Origin: Streptomyces virus Karimac | Taxonomy: Duplodnaviria > Heunggongvirae > Uroviricota > Caudoviricetes | IMG/VR virus record: IMGVR_UViG_2974575442_000001 | Length of the DNA: 64,000 nt | Reading direction: 5' to 3' (one strand) | In this document: one piece after another, positions 37,979 to 47,528 of the stretch | Position numbering within the stretch: position 1 is the stretch's first letter | Layout of the letters: each line of letters starts with the position of its first letter | The notes under the pieces: generated by a model | The model's input: the letters and a program-made list of their open reading frames with translations, nothing else | Databases searched by the model: none | What the model was told of the DNA's origin: nothing | Position numbers and translations under genes: made by a program

Positions 37979-38055
37979 GGCGCTGTTGCAGATGGTTTTT
38001 CTGCCGATAGTCTGCAAAACTACTCGTCTAGAGGGTTCGATTCCCTCCAGTGCCT
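37979..38055 (+). tRNA. tRNA-Cys (anticodon GCA)
   Basis: Acceptor ggcgctg/cagtgcc, D stem gcag/ctgc, anticodon loop ctGCAaa on 4-bp stem, T-arm gagggttcgattccctc. Confidence 0.55.
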
Positions 38056-38057
38056 CT

Positions 38058-38132
38058 GCCGGATTAGCTCATTTGGTGTAGAGCGTCTGTCTTGTAAACA
38101 GAAGGTGGTCGGTTCGAAACCGACATCCGGCT
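38058..38132 (+). tRNA. tRNA-Thr (anticodon TGT)
   Basis: Perfect acceptor gccggat/atccggc, D stem gctc/gagc, anticodon stem tctgt/acaga with loop ctTGTaa, T-arm gtcggttcgaaaccgac. Confidence 0.8.
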
Positions 38133-38223
38133 CAATGAAGGACCATCCTGGGGAGAATGCAACCGAACCAGGCAATGGGAATTCAGGACGGTCTAGTAGC
38201 TAGTTGCAGGTGAACGGCCTTTA

Positions 38224-38295
38224 GCCCCCATAGTGCTAGTGGTAACACATATCCTTGGTACGGATATATCGTCAGTTCGATTCTGACTGGGGGAT
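38224..38295 (+). tRNA. tRNA-Thr (anticodon GGT)
   Basis: Anticodon stem tatcc/ggata with loop ttGGTac, T-arm gtcagttcgattctgac; G1xA72 mismatch. Confidence 0.6.
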
Positions 38296-38418
38296 CTGGA
38301 AAGGATGTGTTTGAATGAACACTCTTAAGCTAAGGGCAAAGGCACTCTATCTAAAGGCCAAGCCTTATCTTCCACTAGCTCTAGCCTGGTGGAATTCACG
38401 CAAGAAGAAGGCGAAGTA

Positions 38419-38491
38419 AGCCTTCCCTCTCTCTATAGGCTAATTGGATAAACCAAGGTGCTACGAACGCCTAATTGTCGGTTCGAGTCCG
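38419..38491 (+). tRNA. tRNA-Arg (anticodon ACG)
   Basis: Perfect acceptor ctctcta/tagagag, anticodon stem aggtg/cgcct with loop ctACGaa, T-arm gtcggttcgagtccggc. Confidence 0.7.
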
Positions 38492-38493
38492 GC

Positions 38494-38520
38494 TAGAGAG
38501 ACTGGCCCCGATCATTTAGA
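38494..38520 (+). terminator. rho-independent terminator
   Basis: 10-bp stem ggccccgatc/gatcggggcc, loop attta, then TT. Confidence 0.7.
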
Positions 38521-38700
38521 TCGGGGCCTTAATTCATGTTAGGGATGATTTAACATGTGTGAAATCGAACGGTGGGAAAGCGAAGGAGGGAAGACAACCA
38601 AGATTCCTTGCATTTTCCACGGAAGAGAATATAAACAACATGACTTCTACTATGGCAATCAATGCCGTAGGTGTGGAGTCTGGAAAGATGAGGAACAAGA

Positions 38701-39258
38701 TTGAAGATCTTTTATGACACCGAGTTCTATGAGACTGGACCGGATGAGCCTGTTAGGTTCATCAGTCTAGGAGCAGTGAGAGATGATGGTGAGCGACTGT
38801 ACTTGATCACCAACAACCTCTACGTGCTCAACAGAGCAAATGAGAATCCGTGGCTGAGGGAGAACGTCATCAGCCATTTGCCAGTTAAGCAGAACGACGA
38901 CGGAAGCCTCTCCTGGGATACTCAGCATCCCGACTACGCCAGGGTTCTGCCCAACGAGGCGATTGCTGGATTGTGGAGAGATTTCGTTCTGGACTACGAT
39001 CCGGCGTATGAGTTTGACAAGCCTGAGCTGTGGGCATACTATGGTGCCTATGACCACGTAGTTGTGAGCCAACTCTTTGGCCGCATGATTGACTTGCCAG
39101 ATGGCATGCCAATGTATACGATGGACATCAAGCAGCGTTGGCACAATGAAGGAAAACCTCCGCTACCAGAGCAAGAAGGTAGCGAGCACAACGCGCTTGC
39201 GGATGCTCTATGGAATCAGATAGCATATAACTATCTGGACGCTTACGGCGAAAGGTAA
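38701..39258 (+). CDS. DEDD-family (DnaQ-like) 3'-5' exonuclease
   Basis: Exo I motif FYDTEFYETG, Exo II YGAYDHVVV, Exo III HNALADAL; TTG start overlapping upstream stop. Confidence 0.55.
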   Translation: MKIFYDTEFYETGPDEPVRFISLGAVRDDGERLYLITNNLYVLNRANENPWLRENVISHLPVKQNDDGSLSWDTQHPDYARVLPNEAIAGLWRDFVLDYDPAYEFDKPELWAYYGAYDHVVVSQLFGRMIDLPDGMPMYTMDIKQRWHNEGKPPLPEQEGSEHNALADALWNQIAYNYLDAYGER

Positions 39259-39677
39259 GTAATGGGAGATCGCACCAACGTTGGTGTAGTTATGCGTGAT
39301 AGCACTGGCCGTGAAAAGCTGGGGATTCTGTGGGTTTACTCACACTGGGGTCTGCCTGGCATCACAGCATCTATCGCAAAGGCTCTTGACAACGCTAAGG
39401 GTCGATGGGATGATGATATGTATGGACAGCGAATTTTCGTTCAGTCCATCATGGAGGCCGGTGGTATGGAGGCTGACTCAGAGCTAGGTGGTGGACTAAG
39501 CTTTAACTTTATCGCTGACAATGAGCATAAGCTTTGGGTAGCAGACTTCTACGATCAGAGTATGTATCTGTTCCCTGAGTACAAGGGAGACCTTGACACA
39601 CCGGAGCCTCTTGTAGTAACATCATTTCAGAACTTCGTCACTAAGTATCTTAAGTGACGTAAGCCCTTCGGGGCCTA

Positions 39678-39954
39678 GGGGATGCCTTGGTTTCGACTGG
39701 GGTGGATGACTTTAGTTTGCAGCCAGACATTGAGGAGATGTCTTTAAAAAGCCTCAAACCTATAAATGCCAACTCTAACGTTGCGTCTGCCTACGCCCTA
39801 GCGGCGTGATGGCCGGGCGGCAACTGCCTAGGAACAGAAAGTTGCGAATGTTTGGCCCGGTGGGGATAAACACATGCACTACCTGCTTGACACATGGCTG
39901 TGTATAGACTACTGTTTGAAGCATCAGGACGCGGGTTCGACTCCCGCCATCTCC
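39678..39954 (+). ncRNA. ssrA: tmRNA (SsrA), tag peptide (A)ANSNVASAYALAA
   Basis: 5' GGGGATGCCTTGGTTTCGACTGGGGT and 3' GGACGCGGGTTCGACTCCCGCCATCTCCAC align with E. coli ssrA ends; acceptor with G3-U70; tag ORF GCC AAC TCT AAC GTT GCG TCT GCC TAC GCC CTA GCG GCG TGA at 39767-39808. Confidence 0.8.
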
Positions 39955-39968
39955 ACTTAAGGATCAAC

Positions 39969-40283
39969 ATGAGGTTGACAGCACGGTCTACTATGGTAGA
40001 CTTCGAACTGACAGAGCAAGATGCTCGAACGATCCAGAAGCGTATGAAGACTGGTCCTGTGACTCTCAAGGTTACTAGAGTTCAGATCAGCTATACCTAT
40101 GGAATCGTCGCAGTCGGTCTTGACAGGAATCCTGGACCTCACTACACTGTAAGTGTGTCAGGTTACAGAATGAAAGCTGGCATGAAGCAGAGAGAGTCTG
40201 TTTCTATTCACAGTTATCTTCGACCTGAGATGCCTGACTGGCTAGAGCAAATGGTTGTTGACAACGCTCCCAACTGGTACTAG
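39969..40283 (+). CDS. hypothetical protein
   Basis: ATG 39969 with RBS aagga just after the tmRNA; longer ORF-track start 39894 would overlap the tmRNA. Confidence 0.4.
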   Translation: MRLTARSTMVDFELTEQDARTIQKRMKTGPVTLKVTRVQISYTYGIVAVGLDRNPGPHYTVSVSGYRMKAGMKQRESVSIHSYLRPEMPDWLEQMVVDNAPNWY

Positions 40284-40568
40284 GATGTAAACATGCCGAA
40301 CTGGATGAGACTTCCCACAACGCGCAAGGACGTGTCCCTCGGATACCGAGTTGGTTCAGCTTTTGAGAACGGCTATGGTGACGAAGGGCCTCTTGCCAAG
40401 GGGATCGTAATTGGCGGATGTGTATTTCTGCCGCTTCTGATTGTAATTGCCGCTTTTGGCGGTGCAGCTTACGGACTCTGGGAGCTTGCCACATGGCTCT
40501 GGACTATGATAGCCTGATGAAGAAGTGGATGGACGCCATCCGCAAGATCGAGAAACGTAAGGACTGAC

Positions 40569-40973
40569 ATGCGTACCAAAACAGTTACAAAGCTGGTGCG
40601 TAATCTAACGCAAAAAGAATACAGTCAGTGCAAGTCTCTGAACTTCCGCTACGATGGCTGTATGATGTATGATCTACCCTGGGCCAAGAAGACTTATCCA
40701 AAGCAGGCCAAGGTGGTTATGATCAGGGATGCTGAGACTGACATGCTTATTGCTTGGTGTCTAGCGTATCCCAACAAGACAGAAGACAACTTCATCACTC
40801 AGTATTACACTCGTGTGAAGTTTCGTGGGATGGGCTATGGAAGCCGTCTGATCTATCACGTCAGAAAGTTTGCTCCGAGTCCAGTTGTAATGCCACACGA
40901 TGAAAAGAGTCGTGTATTCTTCCGTAAGCACGAAGATCACATCACGGTCCGTGCTTCTCACTCACTTTACTGA
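40569..40973 (+). CDS. GNAT-family N-acetyltransferase
   Basis: Acetyl-CoA-binding motif RGMGYGSRL. Confidence 0.5.
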   Translation: MRTKTVTKLVRNLTQKEYSQCKSLNFRYDGCMMYDLPWAKKTYPKQAKVVMIRDAETDMLIAWCLAYPNKTEDNFITQYYTRVKFRGMGYGSRLIYHVRKFAPSPVVMPHDEKSRVFFRKHEDHITVRASHSLY

Positions 40974-41464
40974 AAGGCCCAAAATGGCTAAGCGTGTTAA
41001 GGCTCTTGAGCTTCGTTCCACCGACCGTGCCAACTTCTTCAACCTTTACGTTTCTGGTACGTGGAAGGGTCTCGTTGAGACCAGCAAGGTCGGTCGTAAG
41101 ACCAACTACCGTGTCCACGGCGCTAAGCGTAACTTCGAGGACTTCACTGGCACCAAGAAGGACTTCGAGACTTTCGCTAAGGAGCGCTTCTCTAGCTGAG
41201 AGGTAAACGATGTTTGACAGGATTGTAAGGAGTTGGGAATACTCCTGCTACGCCTGTCCGGTAATTGTAGATGGCTTCCTGTTCAACGGGGAGCCTTTCT
41301 ATTTCCGCCTTCGTCATGGTGTTGCTAGGCTTGTTCTGGAGGACACAAAGCGGGCGGCGGTCATGGATGCAGTTGACGGTCTAGACGGCACATGTAACGA
41401 TGAACAATTCAAGCGAATGTTCAATCGCCTCTACCTTGAAATCGTAACGGGCTGAAAGGCCCTA

Positions 41465-41534
41465 TGTCACATAGCTTAATGGGCAAAGCAGTCTTAGGCC
41501 AAAGACGATGTTGGTTCGAGTCCAACTGTGACAG
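41465..41534 (+). tRNA. tRNA with non-canonical (6- or 8-nt) anticodon loop
   Basis: Perfect acceptor tgtcaca/tgtgaca and T-arm gttggttcgagtccaac; anticodon hairpin gtctt-aggcca-aagac. Confidence 0.4.
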
Positions 41535-41559
41535 CAATATCAATTAGACTTCATAATCT

Positions 41560-41613
41560 TCCTCCTGTTATACTGTAACTGCCTAATTCATCAGAGGCAG
41601 GAGGATTGATTAT
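41560..41613 (+). promoter_or_regulatory. 5' leader hairpin sequestering the SD of gene 41614
   Basis: tcctcctg ... caggagga inverted repeat places the aggagg RBS in a stem; TTATACT -10-like box in loop. Confidence 0.4.
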
Positions 41614-42054
41614 ATGGATTTTGTAGAACATCTGGGCTACCAATACCTCACTGACCTTCTGACGGAAATCCGCGTAGGCCAGCAGGGATTGGAGGAAAGA
41701 ATGGCAGACCTAACAACTGAGGTTGCAAACCTCCGTGAGGCAGTAAGCGGTGTTAGCGCACGTGTAGATGCTCTTGTTGGACCACTAACGGACGCCGTTA
41801 GAGAGGCACAGGATGCACTAGCAACCGAGCGTCAGGCAGCAGCAGATCTTGCAGCAGCCGAGGATGCTGAGGACGTAGCGCAGAACCAGGCTCTAGCAGA
41901 CGCTCAGGCGGCTACAGATGCCGCTCTAGCAAATGCATCAAGCGCAGCAGATGAGATCAGTGCAGAAACAGCACGTCTAAATTCTATCGCGCAGCCAGAG
42001 CAGCCAAGCGAGCCAACGCCAGAAGAACCATCTGGTCCAGTAGTAGAAGGCTAA
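41614..42054 (+). CDS. Ala/Glu-rich coiled-coil protein
   Basis: 146 aa, low-complexity alpha-helical Ala/Asp/Glu composition. Confidence 0.4.
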   Translation: MDFVEHLGYQYLTDLLTEIRVGQQGLEERMADLTTEVANLREAVSGVSARVDALVGPLTDAVREAQDALATERQAAADLAAAEDAEDVAQNQALADAQAATDAALANASSAADEISAETARLNSIAQPEQPSEPTPEEPSGPVVEG

Positions 42055-42065
42055 CAAAAAAGGAG

Positions 42066-42095
42066 TTGACAGCCCCTATAGGTCTCTAGTAGACT
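42066..42095 (+). promoter_or_regulatory. promoter TTGACA-18-TAGACT driving a small RNA
   Basis: Same -10 hexamer as the 27410 promoter; no ORF downstream before 42311. Confidence 0.5.
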
Positions 42096-42101
42096 AGCTG
42101 T

Positions 42102-42239
42102 CATAAGCATGGCCCCAAAGAGATACTAGCGGTCTACGGTAGCGCTGCCGCCCGTTAGACTCCATTCGGGTACCGCGTCTATGCAACCGACGGGTTGAGC
42201 CCATAGACATTGGGGAGGGTTCGAATCCCTCTGGGGTCC
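42102..42239 (+). ncRNA. ~130-nt promoter-driven RNA ending in a tRNA-like T-arm/acceptor minihelix
   Basis: 3' module gagccca-tagacattgg-gagggttcgaatccctc-tggggtc (G3:U70-like); distal 5' ggcccca can also pair with the 3' end; internal hairpins. Confidence 0.4.
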
Positions 42240-42274
42240 ACTATGATTATCAACTATGACCCTGGTTAAGTAGC

Positions 42275-42303
42275 TTGACAGGCTACACAACAACAACTAG
42301 GAT
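42275..42303 (+). promoter_or_regulatory. promoter TTGACA-17-TAGGAT
   Basis: 8 nt upstream of ATG 42311. Confidence 0.55.
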
Positions 42304-43234
42304 GTGATGTATGGCTACCATCAAGGAACGCGGCACCGACAAGTGGAACATGAGTAAGGCGACTCGTCGCAGCGCTCGTAACTTTGTCGAGACCGAAAAG
42401 GTTGGTAAGGCTAAGAAGAAGAACACTCGCAAGTGGTGCAAGGGCAAGGAAGGACGTAAGCACGTTCTCGCCCTCTACAACAAGTACACTTGGAGCCACA
42501 GCCGCAAGTGTGTCAATTGCGGTAAGGAGCTGTGGGGTCCTCTTAAGCGCGAGGACTTTGATTTCGTAGAGAAGCGCTGGGAAGATTTTCACTGATGCAA
42601 CTCAAGATGTACGCTATTGCCTGTGATCAAGCAGAAGCTATCAAAAACTGCTTCACAGGCAAGTACACTAATCAACCATTTTGGCCAGAGCATAGAACTC
42701 TGGTTCCATATCTAGAAAGAGCCAGGGAGGAAAACCCTGGCCTTCCACTAAAGATCTTTGTTATTAAGGTGAGTGGATAAAATTGGCCGGAAACAAGAAC
42801 AGCCGTAAGAAGTGGCTCTGCCTTGACTGTGGTGTTGACACTGGCAAGATTGGTGAGCACTTCTTTCTGATCAACGAGGTTTGGTCCTTGACGGATCTTG
42901 GACACAAGGGTATGCTCTGTATTGAGCACGTTGAGAAGCGCATCGGCAGGCGTCTTGTTCCGGCCGATTTTGCTTCTGTGTGGATCAATGGACCGCGCGG
43001 CGGAATGAAGAGTCAGCGCCTCGCCAATCGATTGGGATATAAATGAAGCCAATGCGTGTTAAGGTTGGCGATACTGTCTGTGATTGCAGGTACCTTCACC
43101 AAAAGGTGTTGAAGATCTGGCCAGATGGTGATACAGTAACTCTAGAAGACGGGGCAAGCTGCTCCATACGTCACTGCCTCGATGAGGCAAATCACGAATG
43201 GCAACACCCCGAAGAAGGCTAATCAGGAGGGCCG

Positions 43235-44311
43235 ATGAAGTTCACCAAGATTTTCTCTCAGGAGCTTCTTGACGAGATGATCTCTGAGGGTTATGTCCGG
43301 GCGCAAACTCATCCGGTTCTGCCTCTCAAGATTCTCAACTACTCTGAGAAGACTCAGTTCGCCGGAAAGTGGAACGAGTGCACGCTTAACTGCCGTGGTA
43401 CGATCGTTGACTTTGACGGCAACCTGATTGCTCGTCCTTTCATGAAGTTCTTCAACCTTGGCGACTCTCAGTCTGCACAGCTTGACTGGGATGCACCTGT
43501 TGAGGTTACTGACAAGAAGGACGGCTCTATGGGAGTTCTTTACTCTTATGGAGGTGAGTGGGCTATTGCTACGCGAGGCTCATTCATGTCAGATCAGGCA
43601 ATTCACGCTACTCGTGTTCTGAACGAGCGCTACAGCCACATTCAGTTTGTCTCAGACTGCACATTCATCTTTGAGATCGTTTACCCTGACAACAGGATCG
43701 TTCTGGACTACGGTTCAATGGATGACCTGATTATGCTAGGGGCGGTTCACAAGGAGCATGGGTACGTCTGTGGTCCGCTGGAGGCGCAGGCAATTGTAAA
43801 TTGGGACGGGCCGGTGACGGAGGTCTTCAATTACAGGTCTTTGCGTGAGGCTGCTGTAGCAGATTACCGTAAGAACGCAGAGGGATTTGTCGTGCGTTCT
43901 GGTGCAAAGATGGTCAAGATCAAGCAGGCGGATTACGTTGAGCTGCACCGCATGATCTCAATGCTTTCTGAGCGCTCTGTGTGGTCTCAGCTTTCTCAGG
44001 GGTACTCTATCCTTGAGATCTGTGAGGCTCTGCCAGATGAGTTCCACCAGTTCGTCAAGGACGTGGGCGGGAAGCTTCTGGAGCAGTACCAGGAAATTGA
44101 GATTAAGGTTCGTGGCATCTTCCACAACCTTCTTTCTTCAATGGACGAGGGCTTCACACGTCGAGACTTCGCGATGGCTGCAAATCGGATTGATGGCTAC
44201 CGATCTCACATGTTTAACCTGCTTGACGGGAAGAGCATCGATGAGCTAATCTGGAAGCAGATCAAGCCGGAGGCCAAGCGAGAGGACGTACACCCTACCA
44301 ATGCGGGCTAA
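43235..44311 (+). CDS. ATP-dependent RNA ligase (Rnl-family)
   Basis: Nucleotidyltransferase motif I TDKKDGSMG (KxDG); size and downstream motifs as in phage RNA ligases; RBS aggagg. Confidence 0.65.
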   Translation: MKFTKIFSQELLDEMISEGYVRAQTHPVLPLKILNYSEKTQFAGKWNECTLNCRGTIVDFDGNLIARPFMKFFNLGDSQSAQLDWDAPVEVTDKKDGSMGVLYSYGGEWAIATRGSFMSDQAIHATRVLNERYSHIQFVSDCTFIFEIVYPDNRIVLDYGSMDDLIMLGAVHKEHGYVCGPLEAQAIVNWDGPVTEVFNYRSLREAAVADYRKNAEGFVVRSGAKMVKIKQADYVELHRMISMLSERSVWSQLSQGYSILEICEALPDEFHQFVKDVGGKLLEQYQEIEIKVRGIFHNLLSSMDEGFTRRDFAMAANRIDGYRSHMFNLLDGKSIDELIWKQIKPEAKREDVHPTNAG

Positions 44312-45119
44312 CGAGGAATGGCGCAAAGATCCTCGCCGTAGGTTTCTGGCCGGGCACCTTTGTAAAAAGCGTGCCCGGCTGTACCTTATGATGATCGAAG
44401 ATCTTGAGCGCGCACAGAGAAGTCTCCGTATGATTCAGGAGACTGGACTAGAGATTCCGGGACCACTCAACGGATATCGAGCAATGAGTTTTGCTTCTGA
44501 TATTGAGGACGCCCGGCGCAAGTATGACCACTATAACAACCCAACTAAAACCCTAATCGGCAATATGGCTGCATTTGGGGAGGGAGCAGAATGACCGAGT
44601 TTATTGCCAAGCACCCTGTTGCTTACGCCGTGGCCTTCTTTGTATTGGGATTCATCATCGGATGAGTAACTACGCCAGAGAAAAGGCCCAAAGGGCAGTC
44701 AAGCAGAGTAAGTGCGTAACCCTTAACTCCTTTGTCGGATGTGGCAAAGATGTCGATATAGATAAGGACTTCCGTGACTCTAACTCTCGAAGCGAGTACC
44801 GAATCTCAGGTCTCTGTCAGTCTTGTCAAGACAAGCTGTACTCCGACTAACGGATTCAAGTGTACCGAATGTGGTTATGAGTTTCCGTATCATGCGGACA
44901 ATTGCTCATATCACCCAAGCAATCTAGGTAAGTAATGATCTGGCTAGGAATTTTGATAGGTGTGGTGGCCGGTGTGGTGCTAGGTTTCATCATCGGCTGC
45001 CTCGCTCTGTTCTGGGGTTTGGTAGAGGGGTTGACAGACATCGATGGACCGCCTAAGCTAGGACTCATCGAAGACTGGAAGAACCGACGAGCTTACAAGA
45101 AGGAACAGAAAGGCAAGTA

Positions 45120-46010
45120 ATGCAGCTTCTCATTCTCCGGGGAATTCCCGGTTGTGGTAAGAGCACCTGGGCACATGAGGTATGGCTCAAGGAAAACCCG
45201 AATGGTGTTCGCGTCAATCGTGACGACATTCGTATGCAGCTCTTTGGCCGGGAGACCGGAGTAGACGAGGAGCTTGTTACTCGAATTGAGCACGGAATGG
45301 TCGATGGCGCTCTGTCAAAGGGCTACTCCGTGGTTGTCGATGACACGAACATCCGACACAAGTACATCAAGGAATTCGTCAAGATCGGTCAGCGTCACGG
45401 CGCTAGTGTTTCAGTTAAGCAGTTTGACGTTTCTCTGGAGACGGCAATTCAGCGAAACACTGTGCGTGCTGCGCTCGGTGGTCGAGACGTTCCTGAGTCT
45501 GTCATTCGTAAGATGCATCAGTCCATGAAGTCTAGTGGAGTTTTCACTGACTTCCACACAAGCGTTACGGCCGTTCGTCCTTATGAGCGTCCCGAAGGTG
45601 CAGAGAAGGTTTACCTCTTTGACATCGACGGAACCCTTGCTGAGATGAACGAGCGTGATCCTTTCTACTGGAAGGGTGTTGGCGACGATGATCCGCGACG
45701 ACAGGTGATTCTTACTGCTCAGGCTCACGCGAAGGCGGGATACAAGATCATCGTTATGAGCGGACGAGACGGCTCATGTCGCAATGAAACAATCGCTTGG
45801 CTGGATCTGTACGACATTCCTTTCTCAGAATTGCACATGCGTGCTGAGGGAGACATGCGCAAGGACTCTATTGTCAAGCAAGAGCTGTTCGATGAGCACA
45901 TTCGTGACATCTACGATGTTGTGGCTGTGTACGATGATCGTCAGCAGGTTGTTGACATGTGGCGTGCGATGGGCATAGACTGTTTCCAGGTAGCACCCGG
46001 AAACTTCTGA
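45120..46010 (+). CDS. polynucleotide kinase-phosphatase (T4 Pnkp-like)
   Basis: N-terminal P-loop GIPGCGKST kinase and C-terminal HAD phosphatase motif LFDIDGTLA. Confidence 0.7.
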   Translation: MQLLILRGIPGCGKSTWAHEVWLKENPNGVRVNRDDIRMQLFGRETGVDEELVTRIEHGMVDGALSKGYSVVVDDTNIRHKYIKEFVKIGQRHGASVSVKQFDVSLETAIQRNTVRAALGGRDVPESVIRKMHQSMKSSGVFTDFHTSVTAVRPYERPEGAEKVYLFDIDGTLAEMNERDPFYWKGVGDDDPRRQVILTAQAHAKAGYKIIVMSGRDGSCRNETIAWLDLYDIPFSELHMRAEGDMRKDSIVKQELFDEHIRDIYDVVAVYDDRQQVVDMWRAMGIDCFQVAPGNF

Positions 46011-46325
46011 CAGAAGGGGGCTTCGGCCCCCTTCTTCTATTTGGAGAGAAATGTTCCCAAACCCAGAAAAGTTTGCAAACATCGTTGCATGGCGCGCAAG
46101 CATGACAGAATGGCGTGTCATTGGCGTTATGTACAATGGTCAGGAGACTATTAAGTCTGGCTTCAAGAGCGAAGCACTTGCGCAAGCCTGGCTGAACGTG
46201 TACCTTGAGAGGTACGTCAAGGAGCACATGTTTCCTCAAGATCTCGATGGCTTCGAGTTCGAGTACCTTGACAGCACCAACTGAGCACGATAGAGTAGTA
46301 CCAACAACAACGACGAAGGGTCGAA

Positions 46326-46691
46326 ATGAACAAGCTGACTAACCTCGCTGTCTCATCCGTTGTCGTCGGTGGCCTCGCCTTTGGTCTCGTAGGCTGTAAG
46401 GACAAGGCTCCGAGTGACTTTCAGAAGCGGTGCGACAAGGTTCACGGCAAGGTAATGCGTGAAGACGACTTCGACACTCTTGGTATGGCTCCGATGGCTT
46501 TCGAGGCTGGCAAGTCTAAGCCTAAGAAGTCAAAGAAGTCTAGCCGAAGCTCTGGCCTTGGTAGCCTCTTTGACAAGGATGACAAGAAGAAGGACAAGAA
46601 GTCAAAGAAGTCTGGCAAGAAGTCCAAGAAGCACGATGACAACGAGTGGATTTGCGTCAAGGACGGCCAGGAACTTTTCGATGAGGACTGA
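46326..46691 (+). CDS. lipoprotein with polybasic Lys-rich tail
   Basis: Signal peptide plus lipobox GLVGCKD; KKDKKSKKSGKKSKK repeat. Confidence 0.45.
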   Translation: MNKLTNLAVSSVVVGGLAFGLVGCKDKAPSDFQKRCDKVHGKVMREDDFDTLGMAPMAFEAGKSKPKKSKKSSRSSGLGSLFDKDDKKKDKKSKKSGKKSKKHDDNEWICVKDGQELFDED

Positions 46692-46864
46692 TCTTGGTGG
46701 CATATAAGAAGGGCGACAAAGTAGAATTTACCAGAGGTCGCCTAGATGGTAAAAAGGGTAAGGTTTCATTCGTCACTGCTCATGGCAAGTTGCTTGTTGA
46801 CTTGAATGAGGGTGGAGATGTATACTGTAACCCAGAAGATGTTAAGCCTGCGTAAGCAGGCCCA

Positions 46865-46946
46865 GCGCTCATGGTGGAATGGCAGACACACTAGACTGAG
46901 ACTCTAGGTCCGTAAGGGCGTCCGGGTTCGAGTCCCGGTGGGCGCA
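46865..46946 (+). tRNA. tRNA-Leu (anticodon GAG), class II
   Basis: Acceptor gcgctca/tgggcgc, anticodon stem ctaga/tctag with loop ctGAGac, 14-nt variable arm, T-arm ccgggttcgagtcccgg. Confidence 0.7.
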
Positions 46947-47395
46947 CATGGCATATCTAAGAGTTGGTGGCTGGGCAATGGTTGTAGAAGACCATTGGAT
47001 TGGTCGTGAAAACTATAAAAACAGATATGGTCGAGTGGTCATGATGACGCGGAGCAAGATTGTCATTGACTTCCCTGGCCTCAAGCAATTCGAAGATGTT
47101 CCGAGGAAGAAGATCGTGGCTTATCAGCCACCTAATCAGGAGATCATGTGAACAAGGAACTCAAGAACATTGTTGACACCGGCAAGAAGCTTGGCAATAT
47201 GACTCTTGATGTCATCGAGCTTTTGCTTGTTGCTCGCAAGGCTGACATGGCTCAGCGAAAGGCGGCCGAAGCCTATATCTCTATGTTTGAGGAGCAGCGA
47301 GGCAAGGTCAAGACTGAGCAGGATTGGAAGATCCTCTACAACGGCGTCAAGAAGCGTCTGACGGTTTGAAAAATGGGAGTGGCAACACTCCACCC

Positions 47396-47466
47396 GCCCG
47401 CTTAGTTCAATGGAAGAACACCTGCTCGACACGCAGGATACGGGAGTTCAATTCTCTCAGTGGGCA
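47396..47466 (+). tRNA. tRNA-Val (anticodon GAC), C33 unusual
   Basis: Acceptor gcccgct/agtgggc, D stem gttc/gaac, anticodon stem cctgc/gcagg with loop tcGACac, T-arm gggagttcaattctctc. Confidence 0.5.
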
Positions 47467-47528
47467 CTCCATCGACCGAAGGGTTTCAAGTGAATCTCAT
47501 TCGAGCCGAGCGCCTTGCGCGCGATCTT

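Noticed and set aside
39744-39954. Interpretation of the long stem-closed region ending in a T arm as a tRNA with a ~130-nt intron
   Set aside because: 5' and 3' sequences match bacterial tmRNA and an in-frame ...YALAA* tag ORF is present, so tmRNA is the better explanation.
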